A stretch of 62,491 bases of DNA, counting the filler, from Aduncisulcus paluster (lineage: Eukaryota), in assembly GCA_024181965.1 (NCBI GenBank). It is 8 parts of 8 records of this genome, joined end to end, with 100 filler letters (N's around TTAATTAATTAA, not from the genome) between each part and the next. Parts side by side here need not be neighbours in the genome. Positions count along the whole stretch, not along the records: positions 7,255 to 16,868 come from BQXS01010925.1; positions 16,969 to 22,906 come from BQXS01010926.1; 6 more parts are not named here. One strand, written 5' to 3'. Positions 9,842 through 20,647 of this stretch are shown one piece after another (position 1 is the first letter of the stretch; the number at the start of each line of letters is the position of its first letter). The notes under the pieces are model-generated. The model was not told the DNA's origin and did not search any database. It saw only the letters and a list, made by a program, of their open reading frames with translations. The position numbers and the translations under genes were made by a program.

Positions 9842-10684
9842 ATGGAAACAGTTGGAGCATTTGTAGCCCCCGGAGAACTTACCAGTGGTGAAAAAGAAGG
9901 ATATATGCGGGCCAAAGGAGTTCGCGAAGAAGATGGTGCTCTTATTGCAACGAAGGCTGGTATCAAGGTGAGATTAGATCGATTATTGACGATCCAAAAT
10001 TATTTTGAGCGTTACACTCCAGATACTGGTGATGTAGTTGTTGGTAGAGTAGTTTCTATTGACAAATCATCGTGGAGTGTTGATATTCATGCCTCGCGAT
10101 TGGGTCAGATGAATCCTTCTTCAATCCGCCTAAAAGATGATGTTATTCGGCGTAGATCGATGTCAGATGAAATTAATATGCGTAAACTTATGAAAGAAGG
10201 AGATATTATCGCTGCTGAAGTTCAACAAGTCAAAACTGGAGGATCTATCCGGCTTCACTGCCGTTCCCCACATGATCGGGTGCTTAAACATGGCATCTTT
10301 GTGATATCTCCATCTTGCTTGGTTCCAAGACGTTCAAGACATCGTTTCATGATCCCCTCGATCTCTGTGTTTGTTATCCTCGGCGTGAATGGTGGAATTT
10401 GGGTTGGATCGTGTGCAGCAGACATATATGATAGAGTTGTTGGCAAAGAATCGTCGATTGATTATGGGGAATCTGCTCCCTCTGCGTCGAGATGTAGAAA
10501 CGTCATTATTGTTGCTTCTTGCATCCGAAATTTGATTAAAAATGAGCGTCTTCTTACAAAGAGTATTATAGAGATGTTTATTGACATTATTATTGCTGAG
10601 GACAATGGGAAGGAAGAGATTATTGTACTTGTTGAAAAATGCTACTCTTTGCTCCTTGACAAAGAAGAGGAAGAAGAGAAATAA
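9842..10684 (+). CDS. RRP4: Exosome complex subunit Rrp4 (S1 + KH domains)
   Basis: RYTPDTGDVVVGRV...WSVDI...RRRSMSDEINMR..MKEGDIIAAEVQ...LHCRS and VILGVNGGIWV motifs. Confidence 0.92.
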   Translation: METVGAFVAPGELTSGEKEGYMRAKGVREEDGALIATKAGIKVRLDRLLTIQNYFERYTPDTGDVVVGRVVSIDKSSWSVDIHASRLGQMNPSSIRLKDDVIRRRSMSDEINMRKLMKEGDIIAAEVQQVKTGGSIRLHCRSPHDRVLKHGIFVISPSCLVPRRSRHRFMIPSISVFVILGVNGGIWVGSCAADIYDRVVGKESSIDYGESAPSASRCRNVIIVASCIRNLIKNERLLTKSIIEMFIDIIIAEDNGKEEIIVLVEKCYSLLLDKEEEEEK

Positions 10685-11260
10685 CTATCAAATTACGAAT
10701 GTACTATACTCTACTCTACTATACTATACGCTAAATTTCTACAATCCTCTTGAATAATTACTATTTATATTGTTAATGTATTATATATATATTTTAATGA
10801 TGCGTGGAGATATTTGTTTTAAGGGATATATTCTTTGTTAGACGTTAGTTTGTGTGAGAATGATCGTTTATTTCCTCGAATGAACCCTATGAATGCTTAA
10901 TTTATAAGAGACTATACTATGGCAGTTATGTGGATCCTTTATACGTGTGTTCTGAGTATATTGTATTTACTATATATATATAGTACATTTTTCTCTGAAT
11001 TAGAGAGTTGTCCAATTGGAATGTTCCAGCAAGAATAATACAGAATACTGAACTATACTATGTTGGTTTTTACTAATTAAATAAGCTCATTTCCATAGGG
11101 GCGAGTTAATAGTTTGAATTTCGAAACCCACTTGTTCTTCACGTGAGTCATCACTGATGACAATAGTAAAAATTTTCTAATGGAGGGTAAAACTGGCGAT
11201 AAACCATATTTTACTGCAATGATAACAATTAGACTCTAATTATTTCATTAATAATAATAA

Positions 11261-12790
11261 TTATTCCATTATCGGCCGTTTTTTAGAGCTCAACCCCTTT
11301 TCGTGTTTCATTCCTTCCTTTACATAATCTATTGGAGACATCGATGCATCAGTGCCTCCAACACCTGGGTGAGTAGCTCTAAAAACAAGATCACAGGCAC
11401 CTTGGAAATTCTGATTTTCGCAAAACCTTCCAACTTCGCCAGCGGTGCTTTCAGGTAGAGACAGAGTCGAAAGAAGGAATGTTTTCATCACTTCTGGCGA
11501 ATCATGCTTAAATGGACAACCATTGACTCGTCCAGCACTTGGTCTTGTCGTGATCAACCGTCTACAGCCGGCTGGGCCGAGAGCATGTCTTTTCCCTTCA
11601 AGTCCGTACATGTGACGAATGTTGTATGGCATTTCCTTATCGTATTGCTCAGGTCCTCTTGATCTAACGAATTCTGCACGCATTATGAGGTTTGTATCCT
11701 CCCATTTCAAGCCGATTGCTCGACAGAATGGGACCCAGGTCAGTCTCTCATCGTGCCACAGATGGTGGGTTGTCTTTAACTTGTCATATATCCGTCTCAT
11801 GCAAAGAGGGAAATGCTTACGAGCAATAGAAGGGAGAGTCTGGGGAGTAACACCAGAAATGGAATCTTTCTGCGACTTCAAAAACCTGCGTTTCATTTTT
11901 CTGAAGAAAACCTCAGAAGCAAGACCAAACTTTGACCACACACGCTTGTCAACACTTGTACAAAGTTCTAGTGGTTGAATATGAACGATACTATCGAAAA
12001 TAGAGGTCTCAAATTTAGATGTGAGAAAACGATTTGCATATTTGAGAGGAATAATAGTTTTTCCTTGCCAAGGAACCGTCCTATAGCTTTCTTTCTGTGG
12101 AAATAAAAGAGATTGGGCCTTGGAAACATCATCAATAATGAAAACATCGTTGGAAGGGGCAGGAATCTTTGGTTTCTTCGATTTCGACGAGGCTATTAGT
12201 TCAGTTCTAGCTATTTTGAAACATTCAAGCGGATTCATGCATGCACTATCAACTACTGAGGTAAGCATCATTCTGGACATGGATTGAGAATCTCGCATAA
12301 ATTGAAGAGCACAATGAAGCCTAAAAGTTTCATCACGAAGTTCATCTATTGTAGGTCTTCTTAAAAATGAGCATTCTTTCACTGCGTACGGGGCAATCTC
12401 CTCTATTTTCATTTGATCAAGCTTGAATGTAAACAACAAAAGCTCAACCGAGATAAACCACCGAATTCGTTCTTGAATATTCATTTTTTCAGACATATCT
12501 GAATCTTCAAAACGCCTTTCAGGCGTACATAATATCATTCTAAGAGAGAAATGAGAAATAGCATCTTGGAGTCCATCAAACCGTGATCCGGGAATAAAAA
12601 TACCAAATCTACTTTCTTGAGATAGATTTAAAAGAGTTTGTGATAGAACTTTCCTTTGAAGAGCACCAGTCTGTCGTCTACAAACATCGTCTATCTGTTG
12701 AAGTAATTCTAATCTGGCTAATGTAATATTCCGTAATTCTTGGAATTTCATACGATGTGAGGGTGCCTTTTTATAAAATATACTGTCCAT
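11261..12790 (-). CDS. PRIM2: DNA primase large subunit with 4Fe-4S C-terminal domain
   Basis: DAISHFSLRM; HFPLCM; HHLWHDER; YNIRHMYGLEGKR; PAGC; GCPFKH; GAC. All four Fe-S cysteines present. Confidence 0.93.
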   Translation of the reverse strand: MDSIFYKKAPSHRMKFQELRNITLARLELLQQIDDVCRRQTGALQRKVLSQTLLNLSQESRFGIFIPGSRFDGLQDAISHFSLRMILCTPERRFEDSDMSEKMNIQERIRWFISVELLLFTFKLDQMKIEEIAPYAVKECSFLRRPTIDELRDETFRLHCALQFMRDSQSMSRMMLTSVVDSACMNPLECFKIARTELIASSKSKKPKIPAPSNDVFIIDDVSKAQSLLFPQKESYRTVPWQGKTIIPLKYANRFLTSKFETSIFDSIVHIQPLELCTSVDKRVWSKFGLASEVFFRKMKRRFLKSQKDSISGVTPQTLPSIARKHFPLCMRRIYDKLKTTHHLWHDERLTWVPFCRAIGLKWEDTNLIMRAEFVRSRGPEQYDKEMPYNIRHMYGLEGKRHALGPAGCRRLITTRPSAGRVNGCPFKHDSPEVMKTFLLSTLSLPESTAGEVGRFCENQNFQGACDLVFRATHPGVGGTDASMSPIDYVKEGMKHEKGLSSKKRPIME

Positions 12791-13121
12791 TATTATTATA
12801 TCTCACACAAAGCTGGAAAGAAAAAAATGTTTTGGAATCTATTTATTATTATGAACATTGAGGACATACAATGGATTATATATAAGTTTTAATGGAAATT
12901 TTACCCAATTATGCTGATGTCCTTCTCTAGATAGCTCTTTCAAAAGTCAAATATTTCTACCGAAAGATATATTAAATGGAGACAATGTATTTGATCATCA
13001 AAATAGGAATTAGTAAGATGAGATTATGTTTCATTGAATTAGTAAGATGATAGATTCTTTCACACGGTGTGCGATTTAATTTGTCTGTTTTGAAAGATTT
13101 TACACTATTCAACAATATATC

Positions 13122-15872
13122 ATGGGTGATACTGAGGTAAATATTCCTGAATTACTCAATACGGCCCTTAAAGATTGTCTAGATATAATGAAAAGCACAG
13201 GCGATCTTCAAAAAGACATATCGATCAGTGTCAAGAGTGAAAAGAGTATAGCCCAAGAAAAAGAAAAACAATCTAAAGAAACTAAAACATTACTTGAGGT
13301 CCAAGAATGTTTGGAATTGGTCTATGATCATGTCCAATACATTCTGAATTTGTCGGATGGAATCGTTCATTTAAATTCAAATTTATCGACAGAAGCTGAT
13401 AAATATCAACTATTAGTTTTTGTAAGTTCATTATATTCTGAAATAATTGATTTTGAAGAGACTTTCGGTTTAGATCCCGGTTCAGTTCCTGACTCTGATC
13501 TTACTGATTTAGGTAAGATGAAATCCATTCAAGAAACCCGTGAGAGAATACACTTTCTATGTGAAAGAGTCTCCGATATTGTTTTCACATATTTAATTGA
13601 GGAATTAAGGCGGTTTGAAAAAGATCTTGCTGCTGATATATCATACATTGAGAAATCCGATTCATCTGGTCGTTTCTTTTCCCGTAAGCGAACGGCCAGA
13701 GATGCATATTATTATGATATCAATCTTGAGCGAGTCTTTCAACGTCTTATAAATTATGATGAATTAACTCCCGCTATTCTGATTATTATTGCATTTTGTA
13801 ACCAATATGCGCCTTGTGAGGCCATCGATCGGCATATTTGGAATTATAACATGCTATCAAGCTCAATAGTTGATCAAATGCTCTGCTTTATCGCCTCACA
13901 TCATTCAGACATTGTCCCTCTTCTTCTTGATGTTCAGGGAGATTTTACACCAAAGGAGACAGAAATAGACGCATCCCCGCTTGTTAAGGTGGATTCAAAA
14001 CCTTTAGCCGTTGATGTAAACAAAATACTCCTTATTGGAGGGACCGTCAAAGGCAAAGAAGATAAAATGGAAGAATTCCTCCGAGATGATCGCCGAGAGG
14101 AACATACTCCATCCTCAAGACAAAGTAGACAGCCGTCCATAAGCTCTAGTCGGGACAGTGTGAAATTCCTACCTGCCTTCGACACTCTTCTTGTTCTCGG
14201 CATTGATGAATATTTTAAGATAGTTGTTACCAATTGCATGTTTATAAATAGTCTATTTTCAAGGATATTAAGTCGGACTTTCTCATGTTGCTTTGCTAAA
14301 TCAGACTATGCCAATCTCAAAGCTTGGTTTTCAAACCAATATAGTCAAATTAACGATTCAATCGAGCAAACAATGATTGATATGCAGGATGAGGATGAAA
14401 TCCGTGTTGCCAAAGCTGAAGACAAAAAGGAAGAGCTCATTAATATTTTGTATTTCTTTCGAAAATTTGAACCATTCAACTCTGAGCATTGTGATATCAC
14501 AAAGGCCTATAATCGAATGAAATCATTTGCTGAGAATATGTTAACAAAAGACTTTGTTGCCTCTTTCTCCGATTCTCTATCGTGTGTCAACGAGAACGGT
14601 TTGTGTGCTCTATCTCCCATCACCCAAGCCGAAGTTATTCTCTCGATCTGTCAGAATATACCCCTATTTGGCTTTGAGATATGCTGTGAACGTGCCAAGC
14701 CCACTTCGTCGGAAATCCATTTCCTAGGAGGAGAACCTGGATCCCCAGATTACGAAAGTGATGATGCTCAAGGGAATCCATCCTATATGAGAAGTGACCG
14801 TCGACAATCGGATAAGGATCCAGAAATTGAAGATAGTTATTCTCACGACATCGACGTGGCTATTCCCTCTCAACTTCCACTCGACGCTGCCAACAACACA
14901 TTTTCTCCCCCTTTACCACCAGAATTAGCTTCTTCGTTCTCTTTCATGCAAATCTCATTAGCACCATTCATTTCTATAATTTCAAAGGACTTTTATTTCG
15001 TTTTCAAGGGGAAGTATCTTACCTCACAAGAAGAGAGTTTGTCAAAGGGTCGCTATGCAAAGCACGTGATCAAACAATCAGGTTTGAGCGAGTGTGTCCG
15101 CCGCACCCCGTATCTCATTGAAGCTGTGATGCGGATAGCTCGGATGGCTGAGGTTTATGGAAAAGATCTCTGTCAACATCTGCAGTGGGATGTAAGCGAG
15201 GAAGATGTTGGAGTTCACATTATTCACTCTGAATTCGACACTCCAATTACGATTCCACTCATGTCACAGGCTGAATTAACATCCTCAGTGATAGCCAAGT
15301 GGATATTCAAATGGATTCATGACACTGTTCACTCTGATAAAAAACATTCAAAGAAGTATGGGGCTGTTTACAGAACTGAGGCTTATTATCATTTGTTTAT
15401 CTCAATGAAGAATTCTATTTTTGGATCAGTGAGAAAGATTGCCAAAGATGCACATGATGGATATGAATCATCCTTGTCTGAATATTCCTCTTTCTTAATT
15501 GCCGATGATATGCCCAAATTTTATAATTTTATTCGAGGTGTTGAGAAACATTTGAGTGATGGTGCAGCGCCCACAGAGATACCGTATTATATCGAGTTTG
15601 CCCAGAGTGTTGCAGCCGCTCAGATCTCTTTCCTTCGAAACAATTGTCTTAAAAACATTGCTCATATTGTTCAGAGAATCAAGAAACATGTCACTTCTTC
15701 CCCAGTTCTCGGGCGATTGGTGCTCTCACACGTGAAGCTGAAGTTTGAGAAACTAATTGAGAGTTTTAAGAAGATTTTAAGTATGTGTTATCTTGATATC
15801 AGTGAAGAGCCTCTTCCTCCAGACAAAAAGAATGAAATTATGAATATTTTCAGACAAACCAAATTCATTTAG
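13122..15872 (+). CDS. SEC3: Exocyst complex component Sec3/EXOC1
   Basis: C-terminal segment PKFYNFIRGVEKHLSDG..PTEIPYYIEF...RIKKHV...LSMCY matches the Sec3 C-terminal block; N-terminal coiled coil. Confidence 0.75.
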   Translation: MGDTEVNIPELLNTALKDCLDIMKSTGDLQKDISISVKSEKSIAQEKEKQSKETKTLLEVQECLELVYDHVQYILNLSDGIVHLNSNLSTEADKYQLLVFVSSLYSEIIDFEETFGLDPGSVPDSDLTDLGKMKSIQETRERIHFLCERVSDIVFTYLIEELRRFEKDLAADISYIEKSDSSGRFFSRKRTARDAYYYDINLERVFQRLINYDELTPAILIIIAFCNQYAPCEAIDRHIWNYNMLSSSIVDQMLCFIASHHSDIVPLLLDVQGDFTPKETEIDASPLVKVDSKPLAVDVNKILLIGGTVKGKEDKMEEFLRDDRREEHTPSSRQSRQPSISSSRDSVKFLPAFDTLLVLGIDEYFKIVVTNCMFINSLFSRILSRTFSCCFAKSDYANLKAWFSNQYSQINDSIEQTMIDMQDEDEIRVAKAEDKKEELINILYFFRKFEPFNSEHCDITKAYNRMKSFAENMLTKDFVASFSDSLSCVNENGLCALSPITQAEVILSICQNIPLFGFEICCERAKPTSSEIHFLGGEPGSPDYESDDAQGNPSYMRSDRRQSDKDPEIEDSYSHDIDVAIPSQLPLDAANNTFSPPLPPELASSFSFMQISLAPFISIISKDFYFVFKGKYLTSQEESLSKGRYAKHVIKQSGLSECVRRTPYLIEAVMRIARMAEVYGKDLCQHLQWDVSEEDVGVHIIHSEFDTPITIPLMSQAELTSSVIAKWIFKWIHDTVHSDKKHSKKYGAVYRTEAYYHLFISMKNSIFGSVRKIAKDAHDGYESSLSEYSSFLIADDMPKFYNFIRGVEKHLSDGAAPTEIPYYIEFAQSVAAAQISFLRNNCLKNIAHIVQRIKKHVTSSPVLGRLVLSHVKLKFEKLIESFKKILSMCYLDISEEPLPPDKKNEIMNIFRQTKFI

Positions 15873-16112
15873 AAAGTTCATCGAACAACAATCCAAGATA
15901 TTAATAAACTAACTAGATATCAAATTTCACCAAAGCCTATATAGTACTACAATATCGTCATCGACTCGGATATTATCCAGTATTTCAGCTATACTGTACT
16001 ATACTGTACTATGAAAACATGGATTATAAAAAAAGTACAACCATTCATGAAGTAAAACGTAGATTTGAATATAGATCTAAGTTATCGATGGTTGTATTGC
16101 CACCAGATGAGA

Positions 16113-16190
16113 AGTATACTATACTATACTATACTATACTATACTGTACTATACTGTACTGTACTGTACTGTAACTATTACTATACTGTA
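16113..16190. repeat. (TACTR)n / (AGTAY)n pentanucleotide microsatellite, the longest copy in the window
   Basis: tatactatactatactatactatactatactgtactatactgtactgtactgtactgta directly visible; shorter copies occur in other intergenic regions. Confidence 0.92.
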
Positions 16191-16323
16191 CACGAGAATA
16201 CGACCTTGCTATGAGCTTGGACACGGTTACCATCTGAGTCCAAGTCCAGAGAAGTTCCACAGCCAAACCCTGATCATAAAATTCATCATATTAGTTAAAT
16301 AATAAAATAAATACATGTTTTAA

Positions 16324-16868
16324 TCATGAAATATCCCAAATTTCAGAATATTCTTTTTCTAATCGGAATAATTCAGCATTTTTTATAAGTTGAAATCTTT
16401 TCTTCCACTTCACCAGATCACTTTCTATAATTTTTACGCCCCTTTTTGAGGTTAAAATAGATATACCAATCATATCACACCATCTAGCCCCCAAAGATGA
16501 ATCAACACAAGTGATTTCACACGATATAACATCACAAATATTTACAAATAGTTGATACATTTCAAACAAAAGCCCAGATGGAGAATCCAGCAGATATTCA
16601 ATGGTGAATTCTTCGCCACATTCAGTAATAAAACGAATAGAGAGACACCTGGGAGGATTTGAACTCTCTGTCTGCACTGAACACTTCAAACTTTCAATAT
16701 CAGAAACATGTTCCATTGAAATAAATAGGGAGAAAAAAGAGAAAGATACGTGACTGTCCATCAATTCGTTTGAAAATATACTATTGGCAAACATACTCCT
16801 ACCTTGATCGATTGAATAAGGAAGATGATGCAGTGGCAAAGAAGATCTGCCCTGCATCTCAAAATAGA
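16324..16868 (-). CDS. C-terminal fragment of a hypothetical protein, possible beta-sandwich (galactose-binding/DOC-like) domain
   Basis: Frame open from the contig edge; alternating beta-strand pattern (PRCLSIRFIT...DVISCEITCV...GISIL). Confidence 0.4.
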
Positions 16869-16968
16869 NNNNNNNNNNNNNNNNNNNNNNNNNNNNNNNN
16901 NNNNNNNNNNNNTTAATTAATTAANNNNNNNNNNNNNNNNNNNNNNNNNNNNNNNNNNNNNNNNNNNN
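16869..16968. other. Artificial contig-joining spacer
   Basis: N44-TTAATTAATTAA-N44. Confidence 0.97.
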
Positions 16969-18897
16969 ACATGCAACAAGACTACCATCAGCACTCACAT
17001 CAGCGGCTGTGGCAATGTCGTGACCACGAACATGGAGGGAGACTGCAGAAGGCAAGGAAGAAAAACCATACGCAGGCCGTTTACAACTCCACAGTTTCTC
17101 ACCAGCGACTTCAGCCTGAGAAACTCCCCAAGTTCTATCTTCTTTGACGGATAATGGAAAAGCGAGGCATTGATTATAGAATATTGTGTATTGTTGAAGA
17201 ATTTCAGGTGATCCCACATCCTTCATTTTCTTGAACGGTTGGAATTCTTGCTTCTTGCGACCACTTGTCCTTCCCTTTTCGATAGCACTGAGTTCCCCAT
17301 CATAGGGACATCCACAGACACCATACTTCTTATCTCCATCCTTCGAGAAACCATGTCCATTGTACACTCCAATGCAGCCATGCATACTCATGATCTCTTC
17401 AGGGTTCACACGGCTCCTTCCACGGGTGGGATGCTTAACCTGGTGCATGGGCTGCGATGGGTCCTCCATGGACCGTTTCACATCAGCTTGTGCATGTTTA
17501 AGTTGGTTTTCGGCATGGGTTGGCGTGAATTCTTGTTCAGAGAAAGCCTGTTGTCCAAGACGAGTGTCAGGACCAGCCGAGAGAGCAGTTGTATGCGACA
17601 CTGTCGTGGATGCAGCTGATTGGTATGTATTCTTTGATCCTTTTGATGCAGGAATCTTCTCGGCATCGGCCTTATTGACCCGCTGGCTGGTATCTTTGTA
17701 CTGACTGACGCAAGAATACGTTTGCTCCGTTTCAGTGAGCCAAGCAGCAAGGCCAGAGTGTGTTATAGTTGTATCAATTTTGAATTCGCCCGGTAGACAC
17801 CTTGCAAGCTGTTCAATGTGACCGTGAGTCAAGGAGGAAACATAACTCTGGCTATCACAGCCAATGCAACGAGGGGCAGAATTTACAGGGTTACAATTCA
17901 CTTTAACATCTCTTAACATGAAAAGTTTCGGAGTCAGCCATGGAATTTGAATAGAATTAAGACGGTTGATATTGGCAAGCTTTAATGAATCAATGAGTGT
18001 TTTAGTTGTGAATGGAGAATCCGAATAGGGGAATACAGATGGTTTTATGGGTGATTCAGGCATTAAGGAGGAAGTAGCATCGTCTGGTTCATCTTCCTCG
18101 TCCTTTGTTGACTGCTCATCAAGAGATTCAAAATCAAGTTTTTTGGCCTCGCAAAGCAATGATAAAACATCTTTTGAATCTGATCTTCTGCTCCTTCTTA
18201 TCTTATGCATGCTAAAATATAAGCGAACAAACCTATTAATCGTTGATAATCTTGTATTCGAGAGAATGTCATCCAAAAGTTCACTGCTCAATGCACTCAA
18301 CTCGACAAGGAATCGGGGAAGAGGGACAATGGGCTTGGAAGCATGGGTTAATGTTGATATTGTTTGAAAGGATTGCAAAGAATCAGATAATTCTCCTTTA
18401 GTGACATCGCCTTTTGAATGGGCACTTAAATACAATAATTTATACACAACTTTTGTTTGTTTTAATGTTAAATTATGGAACAAGGCAGTAAAAAGGAATT
18501 TATATGAAGGGAGTAAATCTGAGAGATTTCGATAGAAATGATGGTATAATACTCCTCTTCTTTTCTCTATATTATTTGAAAATGAATGAATTATCCATTC
18601 ATTCCATTTTTTAAGAGCTTCCAAGAAATCTCCAGCCTCTGTTCGGAAAATCTCCAGAAAATCATCAATAAACTTATTTGTAGATTTAAGTAGATAAATT
18701 GCATCTTGATTTGGAAGAGAAAGGGAATATGTTTGGGAGGAAGCATGTGTGGCGACAAGGAGAAGTAATGGTAAGAGAAGCCGATCAAGTTCTTCATTAT
18801 CCATTCCTTTTACGGTATAAAAAAAGATTTTATATTGTGAAAGAGATGATATCCCCTTTTGAAATTCCAGTGACATACTACGCGACCCAAAGGACAT
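16969..18897 (-). CDS. TAF5: Divergent TAF5-like protein (NTD2 domain, long linker, start of the WD40 propeller); 3'-truncated
   Basis: ELDRLLLPLLLLV...FIDDFLEIF resembles TAF5 NTD2 (ELxxLxYPLF...AKSFFEKF). KRPAYGFSSLPSAVSL...TAADVSADGSLVAC resembles the TAF5 entry into WD40 (KRVRLGPDCLPSICFY...TAVDVTDDSSLIAG). Confidence 0.55.
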
Positions 18898-19087
18898 GAT
18901 TTTCTTAATTTTCTCTTGCACAATAGTAACTTGCAAATAGAAAGAAAAATAAAGGCGAAATAAAATCATTGAATAATATTAGGGCTTTGAAGCACATTTT
19001 GTCTGATTATTAGTTCGCCATAATTGTTTTAGCTTGTTTTCTTGATATAACATCCTTAATTAGTCCATATCATCAGCTTTACTAACT

Positions 19088-20647
19088 ATGCATAAGGGAT
19101 ATTCATACTATTCAAAGCCTGAAATGTTCCCTGACCATATTTCTGATATTTCTGAAGAACCCAATGAAATTCCGAAACTTGAAAGAAAAGCCTTGGATAT
19201 TTTTCGAGATCAAACAATGTTGACTTTTTCTGAAGATGATATCATGTCTTGGAGTGTAAAACGAAGAGTTTGGGAACAAGAATTAATGATCCGTCGTATT
19301 CTACGTATGAAACGAGAATTGGAGCAGAAAAAACTTCAAATGAAAACTTCATCCGATTCTTATTTCGAATTTTCGCACGAAGATTCTATATCTGATGAGG
19401 ACGCTTCAGGAAGTATGAATCCTGATGCATATAAGGATTGGGTCCATGCTGCTTGTCTCCTGCTTACTTCAAAGCAAGACTTGATCAGCGTTGCTCAAAT
19501 GAAAGGGGCGAAAAAGGCTCGTGCTGTTCAGAGTGAGTCAGAAGCCCGTTTTCAAATGCGTGAGAGAGATGTGGCTCCTGAAAGCGCTTCTCTTGAAAGA
19601 CACGAAAGACACACGATGTTATCCATGAATCCACAACACTTTACACCGCCAGTTCATCATGGCCCTCCTTCTTCCAATCTGTATGAGTCCATGGCTGTAC
19701 AAGGTGGATCTTCAAGTCACATGTTTCCTTCATCTGCCTACCCTTCACATGCCATTTCTCAGCAACAACCACATTCATCTTCACACTCTCAGCGCATTTC
19801 TCCGTACCCATCCCAACCCCACTCTTCTTCTGTCCATCACCCTCCAATTCATCCATCTTCTCTCCCCATCTATCGGGATGAATACTCTACATCAATGGGT
19901 CATTCGCATCAGTCCTACACGTCCAGTCCACACTCATATGAGTATGGTCATCATATGCATCCACAATCAATGCCTGGACATCACACTTCGCAGCCACATT
20001 CCCCAGCTAATCATCTTTATTCCTCAGGGAGACACGGGTCTATTGACCATTACATGTCAAGTAGACCCGTGAATACAAGTGAATATGCGCGCCATGACAC
20101 TCACAGCCAATCTGCTCATCAAGTTCCTCTCCTCCAAGGTCCTCAGCTCTCTGGTGATCCATTTCGTGGCTCTAGATACCATGAAATCTCACCCTCAAGA
20201 TCTAAAATGCCTATTAACCATGGCTTTCAACACCATTCCTCTGTTGCTATGAAGCCCCCCTCTCAACCCCCCACCGGATATTCTGAATTCTCCTCACATC
20301 AAGTTGTCGGTCACGGCCATTCGAGTATCCCTGGAGGTGATCTGTCCGTTCCCATGGGGAATCCGTTTTCCTTGCATCCTCACCGCCGACAAGGCAGCGA
20401 TCATTTTAGTGACCTCTCTATCCAGACATCTTCTTCAAAATCGGTATCAACCATGGGATTTATCCCCACTATTTCATCCGGACAACCTCGTGGTCTCTCC
20501 TCCTTCCCTTCTCAGCACTCCCCGGCTGTCGGGAGCCATGGTTCCTCAAATTCATTCCAATCTCCAACGTTCGATCTTACACCGCTTCCTTCTTTTCCCC
20601 TCACTGGAGCAGGTGCACCTGGAAAGGTTTCCTCTGGTCATTGGTAA
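19088..20647 (+). CDS. Hypothetical protein: short helical N-terminal domain plus His/Ser/Pro-rich disordered tail
   Basis: 519-aa ORF with coding-like composition, divergent from the TAF5-like gene. Confidence 0.75.
   Translation: MHKGYSYYSKPEMFPDHISDISEEPNEIPKLERKALDIFRDQTMLTFSEDDIMSWSVKRRVWEQELMIRRILRMKRELEQKKLQMKTSSDSYFEFSHEDSISDEDASGSMNPDAYKDWVHAACLLLTSKQDLISVAQMKGAKKARAVQSESEARFQMRERDVAPESASLERHERHTMLSMNPQHFTPPVHHGPPSSNLYESMAVQGGSSSHMFPSSAYPSHAISQQQPHSSSHSQRISPYPSQPHSSSVHHPPIHPSSLPIYRDEYSTSMGHSHQSYTSSPHSYEYGHHMHPQSMPGHHTSQPHSPANHLYSSGRHGSIDHYMSSRPVNTSEYARHDTHSQSAHQVPLLQGPQLSGDPFRGSRYHEISPSRSKMPINHGFQHHSSVAMKPPSQPPTGYSEFSSHQVVGHGHSSIPGGDLSVPMGNPFSLHPHRRQGSDHFSDLSIQTSSSKSVSTMGFIPTISSGQPRGLSSFPSQHSPAVGSHGSSNSFQSPTFDLTPLPSFPLTGAGAPGKVSSGHW

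Noticed and set aside
11261..18897. Tandem paralogous pair of primase large subunits
   Set aside because: The second ORF is better explained as TAF5-like (NTD2 plus WD40 entry) and lies on another contig; the primase resemblance is limited to scattered residues.
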